Below, piece by piece: positions 1 to 9,671 of a stretch of DNA of 64,000 bases. The position numbers and the translations under genes were made by a program. Origin of the DNA: Candidatus Poribacteria bacterium (GTDB lineage Bacteria; Poribacteria; WGA-4E; WGA-3G); assembly GCA_963663765.2 (NCBI GenBank), contig CAXXUA010000004.1, positions 384,001 to 448,000 of the forward strand, written 5' to 3'. The notes beneath the pieces are model-generated. The model searched no databases. It saw only the letters and a program-made list of their open reading frames with translations, and was not told where the DNA came from. Numbering within the stretch: position 1 is the first letter of the stretch; each line of letters opens with the position of its first letter.

Positions 1-20
1 TCGCTTAATAGAAAGGTTTT

Positions 21-908
21 ATGCCAAACACTATAGGTATTCTAAGTCCTGGAGACATGGGACACACAGTTGGAAATGTCCTACGTCAAAACGGATTACG
101 AGTAATTACTTGCCTTGAGGGTAGAAGTGACCGAACCTGTGAACTCGCACAGAGAGCAGGTATTGAAGATGTCAAGACATATCACCAACTCATCACACAA
201 GCAGACCTAATCCTGTCAATAATGGTACCTGCAAAAGCGTCTGCAGCAGCTCAGGTCGTTGCCGATACTCTGCAAAAAACAGACACTACAATAACCTATG
301 CAGACTGCAACGCAATTGCACCACAAACAGTCCGAAAGATTGGTAGTACAATTGAAGCCGCAGGTGGCAATTTCGTTGATGCTTCTATCATCGGTCCACC
401 ACCGCGAAGACCTAATACGACCCGTTTGTACGTGTCGGGTCCACAACTCAATACAATCTCTGTACTTAATGCGTATGGATTGGATATTATTCCACTTGGT
501 AAGGAAATTGGTCTCGCTTCCGCTATTAAGATGTGTTACGCATCTTTGACAAAAGGGTTAACAGCACTCTGTACAGAGTTACTGACTGCAGCTCAGATAT
601 TAGGTGTATCTGATGCACTAAAGAAGGAATTTCAATTGAGCCAAACCGCCTTATATGAAAGGATGGAGAGAGGATTGCCGGGCATGCCAACAAAGGCAAA
701 ACGTTGGATCGGCGAAATGGAAGAGATCGCCGATACTTACGATCATGTAGGATTAACACCTAACATATTGACAGGGACAGCGGACATTTACCGACTTGTG
801 AGTGACACACATCTTGCTGACATTTCACCCGAAGACAGAGACAAATTCCCAACTCTTAGTGAGTTAATTTCTGCATTAGCAGAACAGACAACGAAGAAGA
901 CATCATAA
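21..908 (+). CDS. NAD(P)-dependent oxidoreductase, 6-phosphogluconate/3-hydroxyisobutyrate dehydrogenase-like, with DUF1932-type C-terminus
   Basis: N-terminal IGILSPGDMG Rossmann motif; YADCNAIAP, VDASIIGPPP, ASAIKMCYASLTKG, RWIGEMEEIADT. Confidence 0.85.
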   Translation: MPNTIGILSPGDMGHTVGNVLRQNGLRVITCLEGRSDRTCELAQRAGIEDVKTYHQLITQADLILSIMVPAKASAAAQVVADTLQKTDTTITYADCNAIAPQTVRKIGSTIEAAGGNFVDASIIGPPPRRPNTTRLYVSGPQLNTISVLNAYGLDIIPLGKEIGLASAIKMCYASLTKGLTALCTELLTAAQILGVSDALKKEFQLSQTALYERMERGLPGMPTKAKRWIGEMEEIADTYDHVGLTPNILTGTADIYRLVSDTHLADISPEDRDKFPTLSELISALAEQTTKKTS

Positions 909-964
909 CACCCATGTTTCCTAAGTAGCCAAAGAAACAGCATGTATACGAAAAGAAGGAATAT

Positions 965-1783
965 CTATTTGTTTTCCTTTTCTTCTATAGTTTCTTCAAT
1001 ACCAAGTGGTTCATTCAACCATTTTTTGAATGTGTCAGCATCAGGAAAAAAGGATCGCATCAATGCAAACTCATCTGCTGTTGCAATAGCGCATCTCAGA
1101 TAACCTTCCCGAGCCCCATGTTTCTGTAGACGCTTTTGCCACGCTTCATGAAAAATTTCATTGTCATAAATCATAAATGTAGAAACCAATCCCATCTTAA
1201 CAAAGTGTGTGGAAAAACCTTCATTTTCAGAGCTCAGCTTAACTAACGGATTTAATAATTGGTTTTCTAAAAGTTCTCTGAATTCTTTCCCACTATTTTG
1301 TTGCGTTTTGCCGGTTTTACCCCATTCGCGAAAAATGTAATAACTATCAACCCAAATCATCTGTTGGTTTTCATTTACTTCTGTCTCTAAGAACTGATTA
1401 AGTCTTGATCGGACAACAGATTTATGATGTTCAGTCGGCATTGCTGCAATGTAAGAATGATAATCTGAAGTGTCTTGGTCATATCTTGCTTTGAGATAAG
1501 CGAGATAGTGTTCAGAAGACAACACTAATTCAACATCTGATGAATTTTCAACTTCGTTAGACTCTCCAGAGTATTCAAGTAGTTGTGTTAAAAGATTCTC
1601 CTGTTCCTCAGTAAGTGGTGCATTTGCGTATTCTCTTAGCGTGTTTGTATATTCCTGTTCTTGAACTGCCATCTGTTTGATATCTTGAAATATCTCAACA
1701 AACCAAGGCATTACAAATATGATACCTAAAACGAGAATCACAAGACTGATAATGGATAGAATTAGACAGGTTGGTTTTTTCAT
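965..1783 (-). CDS. hypothetical membrane-anchored protein
   Basis: Long ORF; likely start MKKPTCL (ATG 1783) followed by one hydrophobic helix; no recognisable motif. Confidence 0.65.
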   Translation of the reverse strand: MKKPTCLILSIISLVILVLGIIFVMPWFVEIFQDIKQMAVQEQEYTNTLREYANAPLTEEQENLLTQLLEYSGESNEVENSSDVELVLSSEHYLAYLKARYDQDTSDYHSYIAAMPTEHHKSVVRSRLNQFLETEVNENQQMIWVDSYYIFREWGKTGKTQQNSGKEFRELLENQLLNPLVKLSSENEGFSTHFVKMGLVSTFMIYDNEIFHEAWQKRLQKHGAREGYLRCAIATADEFALMRSFFPDADTFKKWLNEPLGIEETIEEKENK

Positions 1784-1874
1784 TTGATTGCTCCAAGTAT
1801 TTTTTATTTCTATCATATCATTTTCAAGTTTAGATTTCAATTACTTATGTGGGTGAGTTGCTTCTGTTATTAAT

Positions 1875-1903
1875 TTGACTTTTCTATTGATTATATGTAT
1901 AAT
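1875..1903 (+). promoter_or_regulatory. sigma70-type promoter of tRNA-Leu
   Basis: TTGACT(1875-1880)-N17-TATAAT(1898-1903), 14 nt upstream of the tRNA. Confidence 0.8.
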
Positions 1904-1917
1904 GTATTATTGTTTGA

Positions 1918-2003
1918 GCCGGGGTGCTGGAATTTGGTAGACAGGCTAGATTCAGGTTCTAGTGTGCAGATTGCGCGTAAGGGTTCGAGTCCCTTTCCCG
2001 GCA
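1918..2003 (+). tRNA. tRNA-Leu(CAG)
   Basis: Acceptor GCCGGGG/TCCCGGC+A; anticodon arm CTAGA-TTCAGGT-TCTAG; long variable arm; GGTTCGAGTCC T-loop; CCA not encoded. Confidence 0.95.
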
Positions 2004-2005
2004 TG

Positions 2006-3187
2006 TTATTCCCTTTGGAGTGTTTCTGGTACTAACCATAGGAAGATTGCGACTCCAATAAATCCGATTGTCCCTAAAGCAAAGCCAGAATAAACCAGTC
2101 CGAGCAGATCAGCGATATTACCGACGACGACTGGACCGGCTGCCCCACCAAAATCTCCTGTCAATCGCCACAATCCGAGGAATTCTCCTGTTCCTTGCTT
2201 AGGTGCTAAATCTGCTCCCATTGTCATCATCGTTCCGGATGCGATTCCGTTACCGAATCGCATGAGAACTGCTGCCAAAAGTAGCGGTGTGAATGTACGC
2301 GTAAACGGCATCAACATCATACCTGTGGCAAAGATGCTGATTCCCGGTACTGTCGCGAACCGTCTTCCAAAGCGATCCATCATGTGTCCTGCGACAGGAA
2401 ACATTGACATGTCAACAGCTGAAGATATTGTCTCTATCACGCGGATATTTCGTGTGGTTAATCCTGCCACGTCTTGGGCATAGAGTGGAATGATACTATG
2501 GCATCCACGCCGAATAGTTTGGACACATACTTGTCCAATACCTGCTGTAGCTAAAAGGTTGAAATGTTGTTTTGAAATATGGAACAACTGTTTGAAATAC
2601 GGCTGTTGTGTTTTTTGGGATTGAGCAGTTGCTTCCCGTTTGTTATCGGGTATTGAGTAAAAACACATTATCAAAGTCAAGACAGCGAATCCAGCATAGA
2701 CAAAGAACGGTAGACGTAGGTTTGTCCCGAGAAAAATCGCACCGAACTTACCTGCAAATGTTCCCATTCGATTAACACCGCCAAAAAGAGCAATAGACCG
2801 ACCACGTTTTACAAAAGGGATTACATCAGTCATATAAGCGTGACGTGATAGCATCCACAAAGCGTTCCCGATGCCACCAATAAGCTGCGCACCGAGAAGT
2901 TGGAATAGGTTCTGTGCTATCCCCATGGCAATAGTTGAAATGGCAACCATCACTAAACCAAGTAACATCGCAGACTTTCTACCGATTCGTTCAACCAGTA
3001 TTCCAGCAGGAATATTCCCTAAAACTCTAACAGATATAACGAATGTCGTGAGCGTATATGATAGTTTAAAAGAGTTAATGTAAATGGATTCTGTCGGGGA
3101 GACGATACCCGCACCTGTTGCAAGGAGAAAAGCGGGAAGATAGATAGGTAAAATCAGTGAAACACGACTGAACTTATTGGATGCCAA
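2006..3187 (-). CDS. MFS transporter
   Basis: About 12 hydrophobic segments; motif A GILVERIGRK and GHMMDRFGRR. Confidence 0.9.
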   Translation of the reverse strand: MASNKFSRVSLILPIYLPAFLLATGAGIVSPTESIYINSFKLSYTLTTFVISVRVLGNIPAGILVERIGRKSAMLLGLVMVAISTIAMGIAQNLFQLLGAQLIGGIGNALWMLSRHAYMTDVIPFVKRGRSIALFGGVNRMGTFAGKFGAIFLGTNLRLPFFVYAGFAVLTLIMCFYSIPDNKREATAQSQKTQQPYFKQLFHISKQHFNLLATAGIGQVCVQTIRRGCHSIIPLYAQDVAGLTTRNIRVIETISSAVDMSMFPVAGHMMDRFGRRFATVPGISIFATGMMLMPFTRTFTPLLLAAVLMRFGNGIASGTMMTMGADLAPKQGTGEFLGLWRLTGDFGGAAGPVVVGNIADLLGLVYSGFALGTIGFIGVAIFLWLVPETLQRE

Positions 3188-3320
3188 ACCTATGGTGACT
3201 ACCTTAGAATTTTATGCCAATTGCTTTGGTCAGTGTTGAGTGTGATGTTGTACCTTTTATATTGAATTTATCAATAGAAGGTATTACATCTGTTTTTCTG
3301 GTTTGAATCACATTTTTTGA

Positions 3321-4769
3321 TTATTCCTTGTATTCTGAACGATCTGTATTTCCACCGTATTTTAGAGCATAGACCATAAGGTTAGTCATAAACCTATATA
3401 CATCTGTGGAACGGCGCATTCGCAGTGCTGTTCGAGAGTTTATCTCTGCTGTTTCCATAGCACATAGATAGTCTTTTCTATTGAATACAACACCTAACCT
3501 GTTAGTGGTGCGCAGGACACCTTGCGCGTCTTTGTATTCAAGATTAGGTCGTTTTCTACCACCAGGTTCTCTTGGGACATATATTCCTCTATGGAATTTG
3601 TATTTTGTGGGTCGTGCTTTGTTTTCGCTCTGCCAAAAGACTTCTCCACCTTCAGGTGGTTTATCAAGTTCGAAATATATTTTATATATTTCATGGTCAT
3701 GAGGGAGTTTTTCTAAAGCATATTCAGGGAAAATCATCCGTAGTTCATGTTCAATGGTTTTTGAAAAACCTGCTTTGAGTCCGCAGTCATCAAAGAAAAG
3801 GGTTCCGCCTCTTTCCAGCACATAGATACGCAATGCAGCCCGTTCTTCTTCAGTGAATTCTGGTTTCATCGGTTCACCCTTCATCAACTTTCGGTTCATA
3901 GTCATTTCTTCTTCGTGTCCAGTCATGATGATGAGTGGTGCGTCCAAGATTTTTGGGTCAGTCATTGTTAATGCCCCGCCAGCGAAACTCATATCTGCGC
4001 GTACGGCTGTGTTATCTTCCAACCATTCAATGAGAGAAGGGATTGCAGTTGGGTCTTGCCACCAATCGCTAAGTGAGTGCTTTAGTCGGATGATACGTAT
4101 GTGTGCTTTCAAATCAGCGCCTTTACCTTTTATGACAGCCCCAAGTTTGTTTCCGATTTCATCTCGTAATGTGGGTAGTTTTCCGAAACCAGCACCTAAA
4201 CCTTCATATCCTGAACCGGTTCCAGTTCCTTCGGTCACCTTACCAAATCCTGATCTACCTTCACCTTGTTTGACGATAGACAAATTCCCACTACCTCCTG
4301 TACTTCTAATTGTTGAAACACTTTCGGGAGGACCTTCACCACCTGTCAATTCTGGACCGTCAATTTGAGACTGATTTAAGATGGATTCTGGTGATGGTGC
4401 GAGTCTTGTAACATTTTCAATCATTGAAGGTGCGTCTGAGGGTGTGATGTCTTCAATGGGAAGTACTGGATTTACAGGTGTTGGGATGCTTGTTGCGCTT
4501 GAAACCCCTTTCACACCAGTTGTTGCGATTTTTCTGATTACTTTCGTAATCGGCTTCGGTTTTGGCTTTGGTACGTCTTTTCTAATTGTTTCACGTTCTG
4601 CAAGGGGGTGCATTAATTCAACATACATCCGATTATCCGTTTGTTGTATGACAGGTTTTAATAACCACAAACCTAATACAATTATACCGACAAAATGTAG
4701 GACAAAAGAAACGATCAATGATTGCCATTTTCTTTTTTTTGAATATAATGTTGATGTGTTATATAACAT
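3321..4769 (-). CDS. DUF4159-domain protein with N-terminal membrane anchor and Pro/Gly-rich linker
   Basis: SFVLHFVG TM (TonB-like SxxxH), PKPKPKP linker; DWWQDP, PLIIMTGH, GGTLFFDDCG, LPHDHEIY typical of DUF4159. Confidence 0.75.
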   Translation of the reverse strand: MLYNTSTLYSKKRKWQSLIVSFVLHFVGIIVLGLWLLKPVIQQTDNRMYVELMHPLAERETIRKDVPKPKPKPITKVIRKIATTGVKGVSSATSIPTPVNPVLPIEDITPSDAPSMIENVTRLAPSPESILNQSQIDGPELTGGEGPPESVSTIRSTGGSGNLSIVKQGEGRSGFGKVTEGTGTGSGYEGLGAGFGKLPTLRDEIGNKLGAVIKGKGADLKAHIRIIRLKHSLSDWWQDPTAIPSLIEWLEDNTAVRADMSFAGGALTMTDPKILDAPLIIMTGHEEEMTMNRKLMKGEPMKPEFTEEERAALRIYVLERGGTLFFDDCGLKAGFSKTIEHELRMIFPEYALEKLPHDHEIYKIYFELDKPPEGGEVFWQSENKARPTKYKFHRGIYVPREPGGRKRPNLEYKDAQGVLRTTNRLGVVFNRKDYLCAMETAEINSRTALRMRRSTDVYRFMTNLMVYALKYGGNTDRSEYKE

Positions 4770-4804
4770 TTTTTGCTCCTAATGTATAGATTATATGGTA
4801 TAGA

Positions 4805-5350
4805 TTATATGGTGCTGAGTGCGGTTTCATAACATTTATAGGTTGCGTTGTCAAATAGAATAAATTGTATTATAGCAGGAGTTTTCTGTGAACAATAGAC
4901 TACTCTATCTCTAATTGTCTGTAATGCGACGAATGCTGCTAATTCAGTTGGATAACCGTAGACTCCTGTACTTATTGATGGAAAGGCGATTGAATTGATG
5001 TCGTTTTCTACTGCTAATTTGAGGCATTCTTTATAACAACTTGCCAGTAACTTATCTTCATCTTTGTTGCCACCTTGCCAGACTGGTCCGACGGTATGGA
5101 TAACGTATTTTACGGAAAGGTTTCCACCTGTAGTGATGACAGCGGTTCCCGTTGGGCAACCGCCTTGTTTCTTTCGAATTTCATCACAAGCTTTGACGAC
5201 TGCTTCACCACCCGCGCGACGAATTGCTCCATCTACACCGCCACCACCAATGAGTTTTTCGTTAGCGGCGTTTACAATTGCATCCACTTCAGCTTTCGTG
5301 ATGTCTCCTTGAATAAGTTCAACTTTAGAGTCTCCATAGATATTCTTCAT
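4805..5350 (-). CDS. macro-domain protein (O-acetyl-ADP-ribose deacetylase, YmdB-like)
   Basis: GDIT, DAIVNAAN, GGGGVDGAI, VIHTVGP, SIAFPSISTGVYGYP; probable start MKNIYG. Confidence 0.92.
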   Translation of the reverse strand: MKNIYGDSKVELIQGDITKAEVDAIVNAANEKLIGGGGVDGAIRRAGGEAVVKACDEIRKKQGGCPTGTAVITTGGNLSVKYVIHTVGPVWQGGNKDEDKLLASCYKECLKLAVENDINSIAFPSISTGVYGYPTELAAFVALQTIRDRVVYCSQKTPAIIQFILFDNATYKCYETALSTI

Positions 5351-5380
5351 TTGTCTACTCCTGAGTGACACTCAAGCGTT

Positions 5381-6259
5381 TTAGTATTTACGCTTTATGA
5401 ACCCAATTCGTTGCAGGTTGTTTAGGATAAGGGGCTCAAAGCCATCATCTGTGTTTATGCGGACATAACCTATACCACGTTGTTTACAATAGTTGTGGAT
5501 ACTTTCACAATAGTCTCTTTGTTGTTTTTCGTAATGTGTGATAGTTTCTTCATTGATCGTAATCTCTTTTGTCTCCCCTGTTTCAGCGTCTTCAAACTGC
5601 CATTCACCTTGTGGTGGTGGATTAATTTCTTCTGGACATTGTATTTGGATCATTGTTAAGTCAAACCCTCTACCTATCAACGAATTGATGCCTTTTGTAT
5701 ATCCTGCAGTATCCAAGAAATCACTTAACATGATGACGACACCAGTTTTCTGTTGTGATAGTGCAAATTGCTTTAGTGATTCTGTTATGCGGGTAGTTCC
5801 ATCTGATTCTATTGTGTTTATTGCTTTTTGTATACGATGATATTGTGCCTTTCCATAGGTTATTGGTAATATTGAAGTGAGTCTATCTGCAAATGAATAT
5901 AATGCGACACGGTCTGAGTTTGCTAATGCTATATAAGCTAATGCTGCTGCAATTCTTTTCCCATAATCTATCTTGGTCGGTTCCCCGTATTTCATGGATT
6001 GGCTGGTATCTATCAAGATAGAAACGACTAATTCTTGGTCTGTTTGAAACATTTTGATAAAAAGTTTGTCCAATCGTGCATAGATGTTCCAGTCAAGGTA
6101 GCGGAGATCATCTCCGTGTTCATATTGACGATAGTCTGCGAATTCCACACCAGTACCTCGGTTGAGGCTTCGGCGATCACCTCTGTATTTACCTCGGAAA
6201 GGTTGTTTGCATTGGATGCGTAGTTGCTCAAGTTGTGCAAGGAATTTGGTGCTTAGCAT
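5381..6259 (-). CDS. DUF58-domain (vWA-like, MoxR-associated) protein
   Basis: GxGVEFADYRQYxxGDDLRYLDWN, LIDTSQSM MIDAS-like motif, SDFLD, DAETGE. Confidence 0.9.
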   Translation of the reverse strand: MLSTKFLAQLEQLRIQCKQPFRGKYRGDRRSLNRGTGVEFADYRQYEHGDDLRYLDWNIYARLDKLFIKMFQTDQELVVSILIDTSQSMKYGEPTKIDYGKRIAAALAYIALANSDRVALYSFADRLTSILPITYGKAQYHRIQKAINTIESDGTTRITESLKQFALSQQKTGVVIMLSDFLDTAGYTKGINSLIGRGFDLTMIQIQCPEEINPPPQGEWQFEDAETGETKEITINEETITHYEKQQRDYCESIHNYCKQRGIGYVRINTDDGFEPLILNNLQRIGFIKRKY

Positions 6260-6476
6260 GATATTTCATTAGTATTTAAGTCCACTGTATAATAATTATA
6301 GCATGTCCTCTTAATAATAACAAGCGTTTGAGTGTGTAAAGTTTTTGGAAATTGTATTGTTAGCATCACCAAATCAAGAAAGTAACTGTAAGAATGCAAT
6401 TTCGGTATTCATCAGATGAACAGATTACCCAGATTGTATAGGGAATTGCGAATTTCTCGGATTATGCGGATTTGTT

Positions 6477-6601
6477 TCAGAATCACGGATTTCGCGGAGA
6501 AAACTTCAGCAACTAATCGTATTCCTTTGACTACGCTTATCTAAGCAATACGACCACAGTACCGTTTCTTATGCACGAAATCCGCGTCCTCCGTGATTCT
6601 A
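6477..6601. repeat. imperfect inverted repeat of short 9-nt-like units
   Basis: tcagaatcacggatttcgcgga ... aaatccgcgtcctccgtgattct; same style as 57059-57200. Confidence 0.5.
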
Positions 6602-6647
6602 ACTAAAGGTGTGACAATAACTTTACATATCCGCTTTAGAGTTTTAT

Positions 6648-6676
6648 TTGCAATTGAGCAAAAATTATATTATAAT
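6648..6676 (+). promoter_or_regulatory. sigma70-type promoter of tRNA cluster
   Basis: TTGCAA(6648-6653)-N17-TATAAT(6671-6676). Confidence 0.75.
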
Positions 6677-6711
6677 ATAAGCACTCTTTATCTTATGCGA
6701 GAGTATCTTTT

Positions 6712-6787
<76 letters not shown>

Positions 6788-6794
6788 TTCGGAT

Positions 6795-6868
<74 letters not shown>

Positions 6869-6878
6869 TATTGCTGTT

Positions 6879-6951
6879 GGTGGATGTAGCTCAGGGGTAG
6901 AGCGCCTGACTGTGGATCAGGAGGTCGTGGGTTCAAATCCCATCATCCACC
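6879..6951 (+). tRNA. tRNA-His(GTG)
   Basis: Encoded G-1, GTGGATG/CATCCAC+C; CCTGA-CTGTGGA-TCAGG. Confidence 0.95.
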
Positions 6952-6961
6952 TTTTTAGGGT

Positions 6962-7034
6962 GCGTCCGTAGTTCAATGGATAGAGCAATAGCCTTCTGAG
7001 CTATTTGTTGGGGGTTCGAATCCCTCCGGACGCA
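6962..7034 (+). tRNA. tRNA-Arg, anticodon reads TCT with atypical G37
   Basis: GCGTCCG/CGGACGC+A; ATAGC-CTTCTGA-GCTAT; Arg identity A20 (GGATA). Confidence 0.85.
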
Positions 7035-7035
7035 T

Positions 7036-7108
7036 GCGCTGTTAGCTCAATTGGCAGAGCATCTGACTCTTAATCAGAGGGTTGAAGGTTCGATTCCTTC
7101 ACGGCGCA
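7036..7108 (+). tRNA. tRNA-Lys(CTT)
   Basis: GCGCTGT/ACGGCGC+A; TCTGA-CTCTTAA-TCAGA. Confidence 0.95.
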
Positions 7109-7223
7109 TCGGTTCTTTAGTTTCGGAACTGATGCGTAAATCACCTTCTTTAGTGAAAACAAATACTCTTTGATGTCGTGTCATTTGAGAGTATTTTGCT
7201 TAATGCATTTGTTTCAGGAATAG

Positions 7224-7309
7224 GGGCGGGTGCTGGAATTTGGTAGACAGGATAGACTTAGGATCTATTGGGGTTATGCCTCGTGAGGGTTCAAGTCCCT
7301 CCTCGCCCA
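7224..7309 (+). tRNA. tRNA-Leu(TAG)
   Basis: GGGCGGG/CTCGCCC+A; ATAGA-CTTAGGA-TCTAT; long variable arm; directly upstream of tig. Confidence 0.95.
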
Positions 7310-7343
7310 TTTATACTTTGAGTTGAAATAGGGAGATTCTAAC

Positions 7344-8651
7344 TTGAGAGTTGAAGTTGAAACACTTGAGAGTACACAGGTCAGATTAGAGATTGAAATT
7401 CCCGCTGAAGATGTCAATGATGCGTTAACAGAAGCAATTCAAGCTTTGCGGAGTTATGTGTCTTTTCCAGGATTTAGGAAAGGTAGAGTGCCTTTAGCGA
7501 TTCTGAAGTCTCGTTTCCCAGAACATATTAGTAGCGAAGTTGTAAGACAGTTGGTAATTCCAGCTTACGAAGATGCACTATATGAGAAACATCTCATTCC
7601 CCTTACACAACCAGAATTTGACCCACCTTTGGAGCAGCTGAAAGTTGTTGAGAACGCACCCCTTGTTTTCGCTGCTAAAGTGAATATAAAACCGGATATT
7701 TCCATACCAGAATACGAAGAGATTGAAATAGACAAAACAGCAGTCAATGTACCGCGTGAAGATGTAGAAGTACATATTGAACGTTTGCAGTTACAATCTG
7801 CGACTTTTGAACCGATAGAAGAGGATCGTCCGGTAGAAGCGTCTGATTGTGTGCGTGTGGACTGGGAATGTACTTTAGATGGTCAAGTACTTGAGCAGGA
7901 ATCTGTTCAAGATATTGATATTGATCTAACATCAAAGGAGTTAAATTCTGACCTTAAAGATGGACTGCTTGGTATGCAGATTGGTGAGACGAAAGAGATT
8001 ACTGTAACTTATGACTCTTCATATTCAGTAAAGAATCTTGCGGGTAAACAGGTGATATATGAAGTATCACTCCATGCAATTACTCGGAAACATCTACCGG
8101 AACTGGACGATGAATTTGCGAAAGACCTTGGTTATGAAACCTTTAACCAGATGCATGGTATCATCTGGAACAATTTGGTAGAAAACGCACGCTATGTACA
8201 GATTGAAAAACAGAAAACTGAGATACTTGAGCAGCTAATTGATAGGGTAGAAATATCCATACCGGATGAATTAGTGGATCAATATGTACAACAGGCTTTA
8301 GAGAGGGTGCAAAAGCAGTTAATTTCAAAACAACAGACTCCCGAGGAAGCTGGAATAAACCTTGAAACTTTGCCAACGGAAATACGCGCGGATGTTATAA
8401 GGCAGACGAAACAGAATTGGATTTTTGAGGAAATTGCTGATTATGAAGAAATATACGTCAGTGATGATGAGTTGGAGTTAGCGATTCGTCGTGCAGCCGA
8501 ACAATTGAATCATGATACTAAGAACTATGCTGATTTACTCAAGGCAAACAACCAATTAGAAGATTTCAGAATACAGTTGCAGCATGAAAAGATATACCAG
8601 TTATTGATTGAAGAAGTAGCAGAAAAGAAGTCATTGATAATTACTGGATAG
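7344..8651 (+). CDS. tig: trigger factor
   Basis: Ribosome-binding motif PGFRKGRVP, LPELDDEFAK; upstream of clpP-clpX-lon; TTG start after GGGAGA. Confidence 0.93.
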   Translation: MRVEVETLESTQVRLEIEIPAEDVNDALTEAIQALRSYVSFPGFRKGRVPLAILKSRFPEHISSEVVRQLVIPAYEDALYEKHLIPLTQPEFDPPLEQLKVVENAPLVFAAKVNIKPDISIPEYEEIEIDKTAVNVPREDVEVHIERLQLQSATFEPIEEDRPVEASDCVRVDWECTLDGQVLEQESVQDIDIDLTSKELNSDLKDGLLGMQIGETKEITVTYDSSYSVKNLAGKQVIYEVSLHAITRKHLPELDDEFAKDLGYETFNQMHGIIWNNLVENARYVQIEKQKTEILEQLIDRVEISIPDELVDQYVQQALERVQKQLISKQQTPEEAGINLETLPTEIRADVIRQTKQNWIFEEIADYEEIYVSDDELELAIRRAAEQLNHDTKNYADLLKANNQLEDFRIQLQHEKIYQLLIEEVAEKKSLIITG

Positions 8652-8658
8652 TCTAAAC

Positions 8659-8748
8659 TACATTGTATCTCATAAATGCGATTTAGTCTATATTCATCGG
8701 ATTAATCCGGGTTAGAAACCCCTTCTACCATTTGTGAGATAGGTTGTA
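8659..8748. mobile_element. TA-ended MITE (family shared with 42553-42653)
   Basis: TACATTGTATCTCATAAATG ... CATTTGTGAGATAGGTTGTA imperfect TIRs; internal palindrome gggttagaaaccccttctac. Confidence 0.6.
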
Positions 8749-8992
8749 ACAAGACAATTGCTTTGGATATTCTTGCATCTCTGTCTTTGACTGTTGTGGT
8801 TGATATAATATCAGATCTAATAATGATGTTGCATGACAGGTTTTTGTGAAACTCTGATGCATACAGCACAAACTGTCAGTATGTGCTACAGAATAGGGAC
8901 AATTATTATTAAAAATGGAATAAGATTCCATACTATCATCTACTAAATTCATATTAACAGAAATTTACATCATAGAACTTACGGACACCACT

Positions 8993-9598
8993 ATGAATCT
9001 TGTACCCTTTGTTGTTGAGCAAACGAACCGAGGTGAAAGGTCTTATGACATCTTTTCTCGGCTGCTTGAGGACCGAATTATTATGATCGGTTCACTGATT
9101 GAAGATGATACAGTAGCAAATCTGGTTACTGCCCAGATGCTATTTCTTGAAGGGAAAGATCCTGATGCTGACATCATCCTATATCTGAATACACCTGGTG
9201 GATCGGTATCAGCGGGTTTAGCGATTTACGATACGATGCAGTATATTAGGGCGGATGTGCAAACGTGGTGTTTAGGAAGAGCATATAGTATGGGAGCGGT
9301 TTTGTTAGCTGCTGGTACACCGGGTAAGAGATATGCGTTACCCCATTCAAAAGCCTTAATTCATCAACCGATGGCAGGTGGTATAAGCGGACAAGCCACA
9401 GACATTAGTATCCATGCGAACGAGATTTTGCGTGAAAGGGAAAGGTTGTATACTATTTTGGCTCAACATACTGGACAAAGTATAGAAAAAATAGAAACAG
9501 ATGCTGATAGAGATTTTTATATGACAGCTCAGGAGGCACTTAAGTACGGTATTGTTGATACTGTTGTTACACATCGTCAAGAAAAGAGTTCAGAATAA
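8993..9598 (+). CDS. clpP: ATP-dependent Clp protease proteolytic subunit
   Basis: [28 protein letters not shown] (catalytic Ser), IHQP. Confidence 0.98.
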   Translation: MNLVPFVVEQTNRGERSYDIFSRLLEDRIIMIGSLIEDDTVANLVTAQMLFLEGKDPDADIILYLNTPGGSVSAGLAIYDTMQYIRADVQTWCLGRAYSMGAVLLAAGTPGKRYALPHSKALIHQPMAGGISGQATDISIHANEILRERERLYTILAQHTGQSIEKIETDADRDFYMTAQEALKYGIVDTVVTHRQEKSSE

Positions 9599-9671
9599 TT
9601 CCCAACATGCTTAAGTGTTAAGCGTGCTTTTAGATCTATAACTGAATTTTGGAAGTAAGTTGGAGGAAAGA

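Noticed and set aside
3853-4782. Antisense ORFs (and similar shadows over C25, fusA, S10 and the Uma2 tails)
   Set aside because: They lie opposite well-supported genes, lack motifs, and reflect codon bias or repeats.
4784-4811. 14-bp tandem duplication gtatagattatatg at the macro-gene stop
   Set aside because: A simple local duplication with no element between the copies and no effect on the ORF.
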